From Longimicrobiales bacterium (GTDB taxonomy: Bacteria; Gemmatimonadota; Gemmatimonadetes; Longimicrobiales; Gaopeijiaceae): DNA of 64,000 bases. Where the stretch lies: assembly GCA_965219445.1 (NCBI GenBank), contig CBDCNQ010000002.1:160001-224000 (forward strand). The letters run 5' to 3'. Shown here piece after piece: positions 31,149-41,256 of the stretch. The position numbers and the translations under genes were made by a program. The notes beneath the pieces were generated by a model. The model made no database searches, was not told the origin of the DNA, and saw only the letters and a program-made list of their open reading frames with translations. Within the stretch, counting starts at the first letter, position 1, and each line of letters starts with the position of its first letter.

Positions 31149-31290
31149 GTGACGAGCCAATCGGCGTCGATATCGAGCGATTGTTCTGCTGTCTGTGTGG
31201 TCACCGCAACAACGCCGTCACGGCTGCCGCCCTTTGAAAGGGCCTGCTCTAGCGCATCATCGAGCAGACGGCGATCCTCTGGCGCAAAGG
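31149..31290 (-). pseudogene. cas3: Cas3 helicase-C fragment
   Basis: FAPEDRRLLD...VVAVTTQTAEQSLDIDADWLVT. Confidence 0.7.
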
Positions 31291-31539
31291 TGCAAAACGT
31301 CCGTGGTGGGGTGCGACCACGCCTCTGCACGGCGGTTCGAGATGCCCGCCAGTCATTCCCGCCATTTGATGGCGTTTTCTCGCCCTTTAAGCACGGCAGC
31401 ATCAGGCATGGTAGGACGGCAAGAACGGCAGATCATGCAGTCCTAGTTGAACTTAGACGATTTCTTGCCGGGGTTCACGCTCACTGGGATGTGCCTGATG
31501 TGCACTCGCCGATCAGCACCGACGCTCGCCGATCCGCGT

Positions 31540-32430
31540 TCAAAATCGGCCTCCAGGGAGCCGTCTCGAGCGCCATGTCGCGAAGCCGTGGATCATCGTT
31601 CCGGGACTCGAGGATCGGTGGAGGTCGTTCAACTCGACGATCCGCTTGAGGCAGGCCTGCAGGTCGCCATACTCTTTGAGCACCCGGTCATCCTTGGCGC
31701 GGATGGCCCGCTCGATTCGGGCGATCTCGCGGCGGGCCGCACTGTCGGGTTCCGGAGCGGCGGAGGGGCCGGATGCTGTAGATGTGTTGGTCCAGTTCTC
31801 GAGGATCGTCTCCGCCCGGCCCCGCTCGTCCGTTGTCCGGACGACGACCACGACTTCGATCCCGCGGCCGCGATCCCAAAGCGCCTCCCAGAGTTCGCGG
31901 TGCGCGGCACCCCAGGAGCGGAGCGCCGTCGGGGTCTCGTGGCCCGGATCGACGTAGACGAAGACGGCGCGCTCGGCGTCCAGCGCGACCGGGAGCCGGA
32001 GCGGGAAGTAGCGCCGGGCGTTCCCGGCCGCTCCCCGATAGACTCGCCGGGGCAGGAGCGGGCGCTCGATGCCGAGCGCCTCGAAGGCGGCCACCTTCTC
32101 CAGCTCGGTCCGGAGCCAAGGCAGGCGGGAATGATCAAGCACATAGTCGAGCGAGAGCAGGCGCCGCATCAGCACTTCCGTGGAGGTGATCCGGCGGCGG
32201 CGGCGGTTCCCGGCGCCGAGCGCCCGGTAGATCCGGCGCGCGTGGATTCGGCACACTCGACCGATGCCGTCGATGCCGGGCGGATCCTCTTCGACGGCCA
32301 CGCCCTGCGCGACGAGGGCGCGGACGGCGCGGCGCACCTTTTCGTGGTGGCAACCCAGAAAGCTCGTCCACTGAGCCCGAGTGAACACGCCGCCATGGAG
32401 ACAGGCCAGGGCGATCCATTCGGCACGGCG
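31540..32430 (-). CDS. Mobile-element-associated hypothetical protein (5' end uncertain)
   Basis: Long ORF; a close partial paralogue lies at about 60560-61045. Confidence 0.6.
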   Translation of the reverse strand, partial: RRAEWIALACLHGGVFTRAQWTSFLGCHHEKVRRAVRALVAQGVAVEEDPPGIDGIGRVCRIHARRIYRALGAGNRRRRRITSTEVLMRRLLSLDYVLDHSRLPWLRTELEKVAAFEALGIERPLLPRRVYRGAAGNARRYFPLRLPVALDAERAVFVYVDPGHETPTALRSWGAAHRELWEALWDRGRGIEVVVVVRTTDERGRAETILENWTNTSTASGPSAAPEPDSAARREIARIERAIRAKDDRVLKEYGDLQACLKRIVELNDLHRSSSPGTMIHGFATWRSRRLPGGRF

Positions 32431-32520
32431 CCAGCGCTCTTCGCGCGTGAAGTCACTAAAGGGCCACGACGCTCGCCCGACAAGTCACAACTCACTCACA
32501 AAATAGCGCGTAGCTTTCCG

Positions 32521-32554
32521 GATAGCTCTCGATAATTGTAGTTATCGAGAGTAA
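32521..32554. repeat. lox-like recombination site A
   Basis: GATAG CTCTCGATAA TTGTAG TTATCGAGAG TAA. Confidence 0.85.
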
Positions 32555-32601
32555 CCCGCGGCAAGGATTGTGACCAGAGAGGCCCCCGAGTTCTTCGGGG
32601 C

Positions 32602-33588
32602 TCATCTGCGTTTCTGAAGCCGTGCCAGCTGTGCGGCGCCGTTGCGCTTGGCCAGCAGCCGCTCGCCGTAGCGCTGCACCATCTGGGCGTTCTTCCAGCG
32701 CCCGGCCTGCATGATCGCCGGGATCCCGATCCCTTTGGCGATCATGTCCTGAGCCGCGCCCACGCGGGGGCTGTGCCCGGAGAGCCGCCGCACGATCTGC
32801 TCCGGCAGCCCGGCCCGTTCGGCCATCGCCTTGTAGATGCGCGGCACCTGGCTCTCATGCAGTTGGCCGCCCAGCGTGCCGTCCTTGCGCATCGAACGGA
32901 AGAGCGGCCCGCCACTGATCCCGCTCGCGCCCAGCCACTCCGAGAGCAGCCTCACGCTGTCTCGGTGCAGGTAGAGCATCGCGCCGCCGCCCTCCGGATC
33001 GGTCTTCGCGCGGCGCACGAGGAGCGAGGCCGAGCCGCCCCTTTCTATCGTCACATCAACGACTTGCAGCGCGACCAGCTCGGAGCGCCGGAGCATGGCG
33101 TCGTAGGCCACGGCCAGGATCGCGCGGTTCCTGACGTCGATCACCCGGTCGCCCGCGGCCTCCATCAGGCGCCGGCGGAGCGCCCAGGTCAGACCCTGCA
33201 CCTGCCTCTGCCGGCACCCCCTCTGCCGGTGCATCCGCTTCAGCGCCCGCCGCACGGTCACGTGCTCGAGCGGGCTCCGCTCCCCGGCCGCCTTGTGCAC
33301 GGTGGCGACGCTCGAGACGTAGCGCCGCACGGTGGCCGGCGCTCGCTCGCTCGCCATCGCCTCGACGTAGGCCACCACCGTGGCCGCGCGCGCGGGCAGC
33401 GGAGAGAGCCCCCGCTCGGCGCACCACCCCGCGAACCGTTCCAGGTCCGCTCGCACCGCTCGCACGGTATGGCCGCTCAGGGCGCCGCGGGCGTCCTCCA
33501 GGTAGGCGGTCAGGCACTCGCCGGTTTGTGACTTCTGAGTGGCCGGGTCGGGACGGTCGGACACACCTTCTGGGGCCGAAATACGCAT
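32602..33588 (-). CDS. Cre-like tyrosine recombinase
   Basis: Core-binding N-domain without arm domain; MLRRSEL, AKTD, HSPRVG, AGRWK, RY. Confidence 0.9.
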   Translation of the reverse strand: MRISAPEGVSDRPDPATQKSQTGECLTAYLEDARGALSGHTVRAVRADLERFAGWCAERGLSPLPARAATVVAYVEAMASERAPATVRRYVSSVATVHKAAGERSPLEHVTVRRALKRMHRQRGCRQRQVQGLTWALRRRLMEAAGDRVIDVRNRAILAVAYDAMLRRSELVALQVVDVTIERGGSASLLVRRAKTDPEGGGAMLYLHRDSVRLLSEWLGASGISGGPLFRSMRKDGTLGGQLHESQVPRIYKAMAERAGLPEQIVRRLSGHSPRVGAAQDMIAKGIGIPAIMQAGRWKNAQMVQRYGERLLAKRNGAAQLARLQKRR

Positions 33589-33624
33589 AAGTGCCCTCTA
33601 CACAATGACATACAGCAAAAAAGT

Positions 33625-33658
33625 TTACTCTCGATAACTACAATTATCGAGAGCTATC
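33625..33658. repeat. lox-like recombination site B (exact reverse complement of A)
   Basis: TTA CTCTCGATAA CTACAA TTATCGAGAG CTATC. Confidence 0.85.
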
Positions 33659-33764
33659 GAGCACGAGGAGTGGGGAAGGTCCACGTGGAAGTGAGGCAGG
33701 CAGCCGAATCAGGGGGTGGTCCGACATCCCTGCCCGACTGTCATTCATCAAAGTGAGAGACAGA

Positions 33765-34715
33765 ATGAACGGTCGAACAGAGATTATCGGGTGCGGCGTG
33801 CGACGAGGTGCGGTCGCGGCCGGCATACTCGCGGCAACAATTGGGTTGCTGGTGGCCTGCTGGGATGGAGGCGGGGACGCCGTCACCGGGCCGGACCCCG
33901 AAGAGTTGGGATCCATTCCGGCTATTCTGCCCATTGCCGCGCGCGCCGAGCACACCAAGGCCTTCGTCAACAACGCCATCAGCCGGTACGAGACCCAGGG
34001 GCTCGATGCTACCCTTGCCCATTACAACCGTGAGGAAAGCGTTGAAGGTGAGTGGTACCTGTTCATCATCAACGGGGACGACCTGGTGATCGGACACCCA
34101 CACCCCCATCGCCGGGGGCAGGACCTGAAGGGCTGGGTCGGGACCGATGCCAACGGGTATGACTTCGGCCCGGAGATGCTATCAGCCGGCGAGGACGGCA
34201 CGTGGGTTTCCTACGTCTATACGAACCCCAAGAACGGCCGCATCGACTCCCCAGATCCCACGGACGTGGAGCTCAAGAGCGCATGGGCGGTGCGGCACGA
34301 CGGGCTACTCTTCGTCTCCGGCTGGTATGTCGACGCCGACGAGTTCACCCAGTACCTGGTGGCCACCGCGGTCCGCATCTTCCGTTTGGCGGGACTGCAA
34401 GCGACCGTGGAAGCCTTCAATGGCCGAGAGAGCGCCACGGCGGGACTGGCAACGACCATCGAATACTACAACAACGCCCCGCACATCGAGGGGGAATGGG
34501 TCGCGTTCATAGCGGACGAAAGCGGCAATATCGTAGATAGCTACCACCCCGCAATGCTGGGAAGGGACCTGCATGACATCTTGGGCACGGATGTGCTCAC
34601 TTTCACCGAAAGCGGCAACTGGATCACCTCAGAGTCCGTGCGCGTCTGGGTGGTCAGCTGGGATGGGTTCGTGTTCGGCGCGGGCTGGCTCCAAGACCCT
34701 AAAACCGGCAGCTGA
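33765..34715 (+). CDS. Cache-domain lipoprotein
   Basis: Lipobox LVAC; WYLFII..IGHP..G, DANG, WVSY.YTNP, K.AW, FVSGWY; second degenerate Cache repeat. Confidence 0.7.
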   Translation: MNGRTEIIGCGVRRGAVAAGILAATIGLLVACWDGGGDAVTGPDPEELGSIPAILPIAARAEHTKAFVNNAISRYETQGLDATLAHYNREESVEGEWYLFIINGDDLVIGHPHPHRRGQDLKGWVGTDANGYDFGPEMLSAGEDGTWVSYVYTNPKNGRIDSPDPTDVELKSAWAVRHDGLLFVSGWYVDADEFTQYLVATAVRIFRLAGLQATVEAFNGRESATAGLATTIEYYNNAPHIEGEWVAFIADESGNIVDSYHPAMLGRDLHDILGTDVLTFTESGNWITSESVRVWVVSWDGFVFGAGWLQDPKTGS

Positions 34716-34797
34716 GGGAGGCGACCACTATCCCGGCTGCGCCCAATTACTCACGCCCGGACGTCGCGGACCCTCGCACAAGACACAAGGAGCCCTG

Positions 34798-35628
34798 GTG
34801 ACACGCACTGATAGACAACGACCAACCAGCCTGTTCGACACCATCGTCGCTCTGGCCATGGCGGGCGCCGCGCTCGCCCTGCTCTTCTCCCCGCTCCAGG
34901 CGCAAGATGACACTGTTGCCCCGGAGTTCGTGAGCGCGAGGACCGACGGGGGTTATGTGATCGTTACCTTCAGCGAAGATATCACCGTCAGTCCGCCGGT
35001 GGCATACGCCGTAGAATCGTTGAACGTTCCCATATACCGGTTTTTCAAAGCGGTTATGGACGTGTCCGTGGACGGCCATGACGACGTTCTATCGGACAAT
35101 GACTACATCTCCGGCAACGAGCTCTGGCTGCAACTGACATTCGCTGTATCCGGTCACCAAGAAGTGCGCGTGGCATACGACAACATGTTCGCCGTGGCCG
35201 GGGACGGCATTCTGGTTGACGCCGCCGGGAATGCCGTTCCGCTCTTTTCCTACCAGACGGTCCAGAACGACGCTCGAACTTATCCTCGTCCCGACAGAGC
35301 GCCCGTGTTCGATTTGTCCACGGAAGATATCAGAGTAGCGGAAGGGGACACCGCCACATACACCGTCTCCCTCGTCTCGCAGCCGTCAGAGGACGTTACG
35401 GTCAACGTAAGTCCTTACCAGACCGTGCAGTCAACGCCCTCCAGTTTGACATTCACTCCAGAGAACTGGAACACGCCCCAAACAGTGACGGTGTCCACCT
35501 ACGACGATGATGACTCATTCGATGCCTGGGGAATAGTACGGCACTATGACCGCGACGATTACTCCACCTATTGGCGGGACCTTCGCATCCTCGTAGAAGA
35601 CCAGGACGCTCAAGTCGGCGGCCTCTAA
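34798..35628 (+). CDS. Secreted SwmB/Calx-beta-like surface protein
   Basis: Signal peptide; VTFSE, LVDAAGN, EG.TATYTVSL..P, LTFTPENWNTPQTVTV. Confidence 0.6.
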   Translation: MTRTDRQRPTSLFDTIVALAMAGAALALLFSPLQAQDDTVAPEFVSARTDGGYVIVTFSEDITVSPPVAYAVESLNVPIYRFFKAVMDVSVDGHDDVLSDNDYISGNELWLQLTFAVSGHQEVRVAYDNMFAVAGDGILVDAAGNAVPLFSYQTVQNDARTYPRPDRAPVFDLSTEDIRVAEGDTATYTVSLVSQPSEDVTVNVSPYQTVQSTPSSLTFTPENWNTPQTVTVSTYDDDDSFDAWGIVRHYDRDDYSTYWRDLRILVEDQDAQVGGL

Positions 35629-35639
35629 CGGCTATTGCG

Positions 35640-36840
35640 CTGACGTTCGCGCCGGGGGGAGGACGAGAAGACGGTGTCGGTGCCGATCACGGACGACGAC
35701 GTGGAGGACGACGGGGAGACGTTCACGCTGATGCTGAGCAACGCCTCGGGCGCGGGCTTCGCGAACAACGACAACGAGGCGACGGGCACGATCCGGAACA
35801 CCGAGACGACGGCGCGGCCGGACCTGACGGCGTCGTTCGAGGGCATGCCGGCTGAACATCGTGGCGAGGGCGGGTTCCACTTCCGGGTGGCGTTCAGCGA
35901 GGACATCGGGATCAGTTTCCGGGCGTTGCGCGAGGATGCGTTCACGGTGACCGGCGGGCGGGTCACGGGCGGCTCGCGCGTGGACGGCCGGCGCGACCTG
36001 TTCAAGATGACGGTGAGGCCGGACTCGGACGGGGACGTGACGATCACGCTGGCGGCGGGGCGCGAGTGCGCGACGTCCGGTGCGATCTGCACCAAGGGCG
36101 AGAACCGGCGGCAGTTGACCAACAGCCCGTCGGCGACGGTGGCCGGCCCGGTGGGCATCTCCGTGGCGGATGCGCGGGTGGAGGAAGGCGCGGGCGCCAT
36201 GCTCGAGTTCGCGGTCACCTTGAGCCGCGCGGCTGCCGGGCAGGTGACGGTGGACTACCAGACGGTGAACGGTGCGGCGGCGGTGGGGACGGACTACACG
36301 GCGGCGAACGGGACACTGACGTTCCGGGCGGGCGAGTCGTCGAAGACGGTCGAGGTCGCGGTGCTCGACGATTCGCACGACGAGGGCGAGGAGACGATGA
36401 CGCTCCGGCTCTTGCATCCGTCGGAGGGCTGGCTGGCCGACACGGAAGCGACCGGGACGATCGAGAACACCGACCCGCTGCCGCGGGCGCTGTTGGCGCG
36501 GGTCGCGCCCTCGTGGGGCGGTCAGGCGATGAGCGGTGCCGACGCGCTCTGGGGCCGCGATACGATGGAGGGGCTCGGGGCGGCAGGCCCGGGATCGGGC
36601 GACCGCATCGACGCCGAGCTCGGCTACGCGCTGCCGGTCGGGAGTCGGCTGGTGGGGACCCCGAGGTTCGGTGTCACGACTTCCGAGTACGGGCGCGGCT
36701 ACCGGCTGGGCTACAGCCTGGCTGTCGTGCAGGGTGGCGCCATGAGCTTCCAGTTCGGCCTCGACGCCCAGCGCCGCGAGAGTCTGCTTCAGGACAAGCC
36801 GGACCACAGCTTGGTGGGCCGACTCACCGCGCGCTGGTAG
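35640..36840 (+). pseudogene. Calx-beta adhesin/autotransporter-like remnant
   Basis: LTF..GE..KTV.V..DD..E..ETFTL.L repeats; terminal ARW; no N-terminus, shortened barrel. Confidence 0.65.
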
Positions 36841-37212
36841 ACGCGGACAGTTCGAGTAGTGTCCCCGGCGCGCCGCGTGTCCTTGCGAGCGTCGTACTCC
36901 GGGCGATGGCCGTCCCGCACACGGTAGGCCAGCGCGGCTTTGTCGCGCGGCCGGCCGCAGGCCCGGTTCGATCCTGCGGTCGAAACATCTCATGGCTCCC
37001 CTGTGGTGTCAGCTTCTAGTCGCGGCCGCCCGCACTGGCCGCCCTGCCGGCATCGATGTCAATGCACCGCACGGTGCAGCCCTTCGCCGCGATCCGTCGG
37101 CCGGCCCTCGACTCACTTAGCACCACCCTCCGAGGCGGCATCCGGTCGCGCTCGGCCACGCGCCGCAGTGCATGAACGGGTCCTCACATGCCGGATCTCG
37201 ACCCCAACTGCC

Positions 37213-37479
37213 ATGGAGACGCTGACGAAGCACTTCGAATCGCGAGTGGATGCATCCCTCGAGCGCACGGGCCTGAAGCCGTCGACGTTCGACCTGCAGG
37301 CGGTGGGCTATCTCAACCCGGTGCGTCAGCTCCGTCCTGGCCGATCACCGAGGCTGGCGATGGCCTGCCAGGTCCCCGTGTTCATCGAAGCCTGCCGCCG
37401 GGCCCAAGTGGCCCCTGTTCCCTCCCGGGGCAACGCGCCCCGGAATTCTTCACCGAACAGAACGGAGGCAGACCGATGA
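37213..37479 (+). CDS. Small Cro-like DNA-binding protein, possibly degenerate
   Basis: Short ORF coupled to the AlpA gene; GRSPRL motif. Confidence 0.4.
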   Translation: METLTKHFESRVDASLERTGLKPSTFDLQAVGYLNPVRQLRPGRSPRLAMACQVPVFIEACRRAQVAPVPSRGNAPRNSSPNRTEADR

Positions 37480-37703
37480 CCAGAGCAATGGAACAGGGCA
37501 TGGACGCGCCCGCGCGCGTCCTGCGGTTACCTCGAGTGCAGGCCCGCACCGGGCTGGCGCGGAGCACGATCTACGTGCGGGTGGCCGACGGGAGCTTTCC
37601 CCAACCGATCCGGCTAGGCGCGCGCGCCGTCGGCTGGATCGAGTCCGAAGTGGATGCGTGGATCCGAGAACAGATCGCCGCGAGCCGCAGCAGTGCCGAG
37701 TGA
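37476..37703 (+). CDS. alpA: AlpA family regulator/excisionase
   Basis: LRLPRVQARTGLARSTIY..GSFPQPIRLGARAVGWIESEV. Confidence 0.9.
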   Translation: MTRAMEQGMDAPARVLRLPRVQARTGLARSTIYVRVADGSFPQPIRLGARAVGWIESEVDAWIREQIAASRSSAE

Positions 37704-38059
37704 TCTGAGACGATAACCATCTGACAGTTCGCGATGCGAGAGGACAGGGGCCATCGACAACCCGCCCTCCCGCAAGGTTCGCTCCTTCGCCGCCTCCGCA
37801 GCAGTTCCCCAATTCGCGTCGACATCGGCGGAATGCGGAGTCGCCCGACTGCCGACGCCAATGGGGGTGACATGGCGCTCAGTGAGGTTGGGTAGGTGTA
37901 AACGTTCGGTCGTGCCGTGGTATTGACGTCCCGCGCTGGCCCTACGGCGTCCGCGCACAACGGCGTCCGATCGCCCGACGACCTGTCGCACGGGTTGCCA
38001 TGGTCGATGGGCGAGGAGCGCAGACGCGACCTCATGGCGTCGGCATTTCCGGTCAGATC

Positions 38060-38220
38060 GAGTGCCGCAATTGACTTCGCCGCTGGGGAAATGACGCTGC
38101 TACGCGCACTGATCGCCGGCCCGCCGACGCTCAACCGCCATCCCCTGTCCAGGGAGTTCTGCCGGGGCATCGGCTGGTTCAAGCCCGACAGCGGCCTGAA
38201 GGACATGATGGCCCGGGTGG
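38060..38220 (+). pseudogene. DUF4338-like N-terminal fragment
   Basis: LSREFC..IGWFKPD.GLKDMMARV. Confidence 0.55.
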
Positions 38221-38331
38221 CTGCGGCACGGCCGCCGGAGCTGCGACGCCGCTCCGGAGCTTTCGGCCGTAGAAGGGAGCGACCCCCCCTTTGGGGATGC
38301 CTCGATCGGGGAAGCGGCTGGCGCTGGGCGT

Positions 38332-38619
38332 CTACGTCTTTTTCGCTGGCTCGACGATGATTCGCCCGCGCCCGCGTTTGACCACATAGCCGCCAGAACG
38401 AATCGCAAGCTTGCCTTGCTCAACAAGGGACCAAAGACTTTCGGCGATCAACTCGGCGTTCCGGTCGCTCGCCCTTGCGGTTGCTGGCCGGGAGAGCCAC
38501 TCGGCGAACGCCCGCTCGCCGATATCTTCGCCGACGGACTTGCGAAGTGCGTTCAGCTTGCGGAGGTGGCCCTTCGTTAGAGCACTCTCATCAATGTCCC
38601 TCGAGGATGTCTGCGGCAT
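38332..38619 (-). CDS. Small basic hypothetical protein
   Basis: Clean ORF with GGGAG RBS. Confidence 0.6.
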   Translation of the reverse strand: MPQTSSRDIDESALTKGHLRKLNALRKSVGEDIGERAFAEWLSRPATARASDRNAELIAESLWSLVEQGKLAIRSGGYVVKRGRGRIIVEPAKKT

Positions 38620-39264
38620 AGCTCTCCCTTCCGCGATACTTATGTGCTGAGACCGTGGTGTGATTATAGCAGACTAGGGCCTTCGTCAACCTCCTCCCGC
38701 CGATGAGGTCTCCACGGCGGCTCTCCTTGAGGGGAGCTATTGATCTTCGATCCCTGTAAGCAGGTCCGCTTGGATGCGGCGAATCTTCCTGACCACCTGG
38801 CAGACCTGACGAGCGGCCTCGGGGGTCTCGGCATAGTAGTTTGCGTGGGCGAGGTGATCGCGCAGATCACGGATATCATTGAAGCCGCGCTTTACTGTGG
38901 TGGACGACACCGAGCGCAAGTGCTTGATCTTCGGCTCCAGCGGGTGGGTACGTAGTCGTCAAAGATGGCAATCGGGTGGCCGACGTGTCCGCCAGGGTCC
39001 GCTAGGGTCGTTTGGAATCCAGTTCCTAAAAATGGGTATGAAAAGGGGACAACCAAAGAGATAGCATATGTATATCGTGGTACCACAGTAACTTATCAGA
39101 TCCATCATGATTCTTGCCGGGATTCGGCCAATCCTGTGGACGAATGGGGTTCAGGGGGTCGCCGGTTCCCCGTTCTTTAGACTTTCAGGTGCCTCTGAGG
39201 CAACCGCGCCACCGCCTAGTTGCAGCAGTGGTAGCCGCACTGTGCCAAAGACTGTCAGCACCCA

Positions 39265-40107
39265 TCACCTGGGGGTGTCCATATTGATAGCGATGTAGCC
39301 GAACGAGTCCGGCGGACCAGATTCATTGTTCCTGGTCTCCACCCACTGATGTGGTGTTGTGGCCGGCACGATCATGATGCCACCCTTCCTGATTTGATAA
39401 TAGGCCGCAGGCCCGACCGGTCTTCCGTCAACAATGTCCGCGCCGGGCGTACCGGTCATGTAGGTCGCCTCACCGTCCATCAACAGGAAGATGTGGCTGT
39501 GATTCGGATGCGCTTCGGCACCGTCGCGCGCGCCCACCCGCTGCGCATAAAACACGACACCCGGGTCCCAGAGCAACGGATCTCGGGATCCTCCCGGCTC
39601 CGACATTCTCGTCCGGATCCTCTCGGAGCCGATGAGCTGCACGACGTCTGGAATTCCCCAAGTATTGCCGGATCTCGGCGTCTCTTTGTGCACTGCAAGA
39701 TACGCGATCGTTCCCGTGGGTACTTCCTTCCACCAGTAGGGTGTATTTGCCGGAATGACGATCAAATCGCCCTCGTTCAAATCGCGATCCCGTCCTCCCT
39801 CGATCACACCGTTCGAAAGCGTTCCTTCGGTAATGAGAGTTGCGGAGCCCTCTTTGACGACAATGATGTGATTCGTTGTCACATCCAGTACGGCCGTGGG
39901 AGACGCGGAGATACGTTCGACCGCAATCGTTAGTCCCGGATCTTGAAGCAGAATGTCGCCCTCTGCCAGGGCCGCTTCCACTTCTGTGTCAGGGATGTAT
40001 CCGGGCGACACCGGAGCAGCGAACTGAGCCGCGGCCACCGTGGGTAAACTCACGATGACCGTTACGGCCGCCATTCCTACAACTGCCGAGAGCAACTTCG
40101 TCATCAA
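39265..40107 (-). CDS. Secreted bicupin protein
   Basis: Signal peptide; GDLIVIPANTPYWW and GGIMIVPATTPHQW; GGAGG RBS. Confidence 0.75.
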   Translation of the reverse strand: MMTKLLSAVVGMAAVTVIVSLPTVAAAQFAAPVSPGYIPDTEVEAALAEGDILLQDPGLTIAVERISASPTAVLDVTTNHIIVVKEGSATLITEGTLSNGVIEGGRDRDLNEGDLIVIPANTPYWWKEVPTGTIAYLAVHKETPRSGNTWGIPDVVQLIGSERIRTRMSEPGGSRDPLLWDPGVVFYAQRVGARDGAEAHPNHSHIFLLMDGEATYMTGTPGADIVDGRPVGPAAYYQIRKGGIMIVPATTPHQWVETRNNESGPPDSFGYIAINMDTPR

Positions 40108-40542
40108 TTCATCCTCCCTAGTCGTCCGAAGAAACTCGAAGGCATGGCGCCAACGGCGACGGTAGCTGATCGCTGTATCCTCCGCACTCGCAACACTGAT
40201 AATCGAGAATCCGCTCCGCCGTCAACATGTGGGTGCCCGGCGGCAACATCTTGCAGCGGATGCCTTCGGTCTCAGGGCCAACGCCGAGGGCGGATCTGAT
40301 CCTCCCACTAAACTTCCGGTTTCCTTGCCCCCCATGTAACCCACCGGCATCTTCCTCAGCAGTATTAGCCTGGGCGCAGCTCCGTTGACTCCACTTTGCA
40401 ACGGGACGTATAGCCAGCTCCTCTGACAAACCGCTTCTTGAACACCTGAAAGAGCGGAAGGTCGTTCAGTGGGCGCTCGCCTACTTGGCCGGCTCTTGGG
40501 CGTTCTGGCCGGGCTGTTCAGTTCCAGGTTCTTTTCCTCCGA

Positions 40543-41068
40543 TGGCGTTAGCACCGAGTCGACAAGTGCCCCAGACGCCCCCGATGGAGCCCAGCGTAGC
40601 AGTCCTTCCGTTCGTAAACATGAGCGGCAATCCGGACAACAATACTTCTCGGATGGAATCACCGAGGAGCTGTTGAACGCCCTGGCTCAGCTGCCTGGCG
40701 TCCGCGTGCCCGCGCGCACATCCTCGTTCGCCTTTAAGGGGCAGAACGTCCCGGTTCGGCAAATCGCTGACACACTGGGCGTCGTTCACCTCCTCGAGGG
40801 GAGCGTCCGTCGTGACGGGGAACGGGTCCTGATCACCGCTCAGCTTGTAGACGCCGTGGCCGACGCATACGAGGTCGCCGTCACTCACCTTGCCCTTGGC
40901 GACTACGAGGGCGCTTTCGATTGGTTCGACAACGCTGTAGACGACCGGGCGGATTGCATTCCCGGGCTGGGGGTTGATCCCAGGCTCGATCCAGTGCGGG
41001 ACGATCCCCGCTACCAGGCGTTACTCGAAGAGGCGGGGAATTACGTGGTGAGAGCTAAGCGTGGTTGA
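40543..41068 (+). pseudogene. TolB-like/TPR domain remnant
   Basis: SVAVLPFVNMS | YFSDGITEELLNAL..ARTSSFAFKG..LEGSVRR; frameshift and internal deletion. Confidence 0.75.
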
Positions 41069-41256
41069 GCCGGGCATCACCATGCGAAAGCATCCGGCTG
41101 TTCTTCGCTACCGCTCTCTGATTCGTAATGGGAAGGCCTCCACCTCTTGCCACGGACACCGTTCCGGTCCTATCCCTACTCGCACGAGGTAGCAGGAGCT
41201 GGGTATGGCCCGGCCCGAAGCGCTGGACCCGCGCCCTTTCAGCCTGGGAGATCCGC

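Noticed and set aside
38737..38919. Short ORF with DLRDHLAHANYY
   Set aside because: Probably a gene-end remnant; too short to assign
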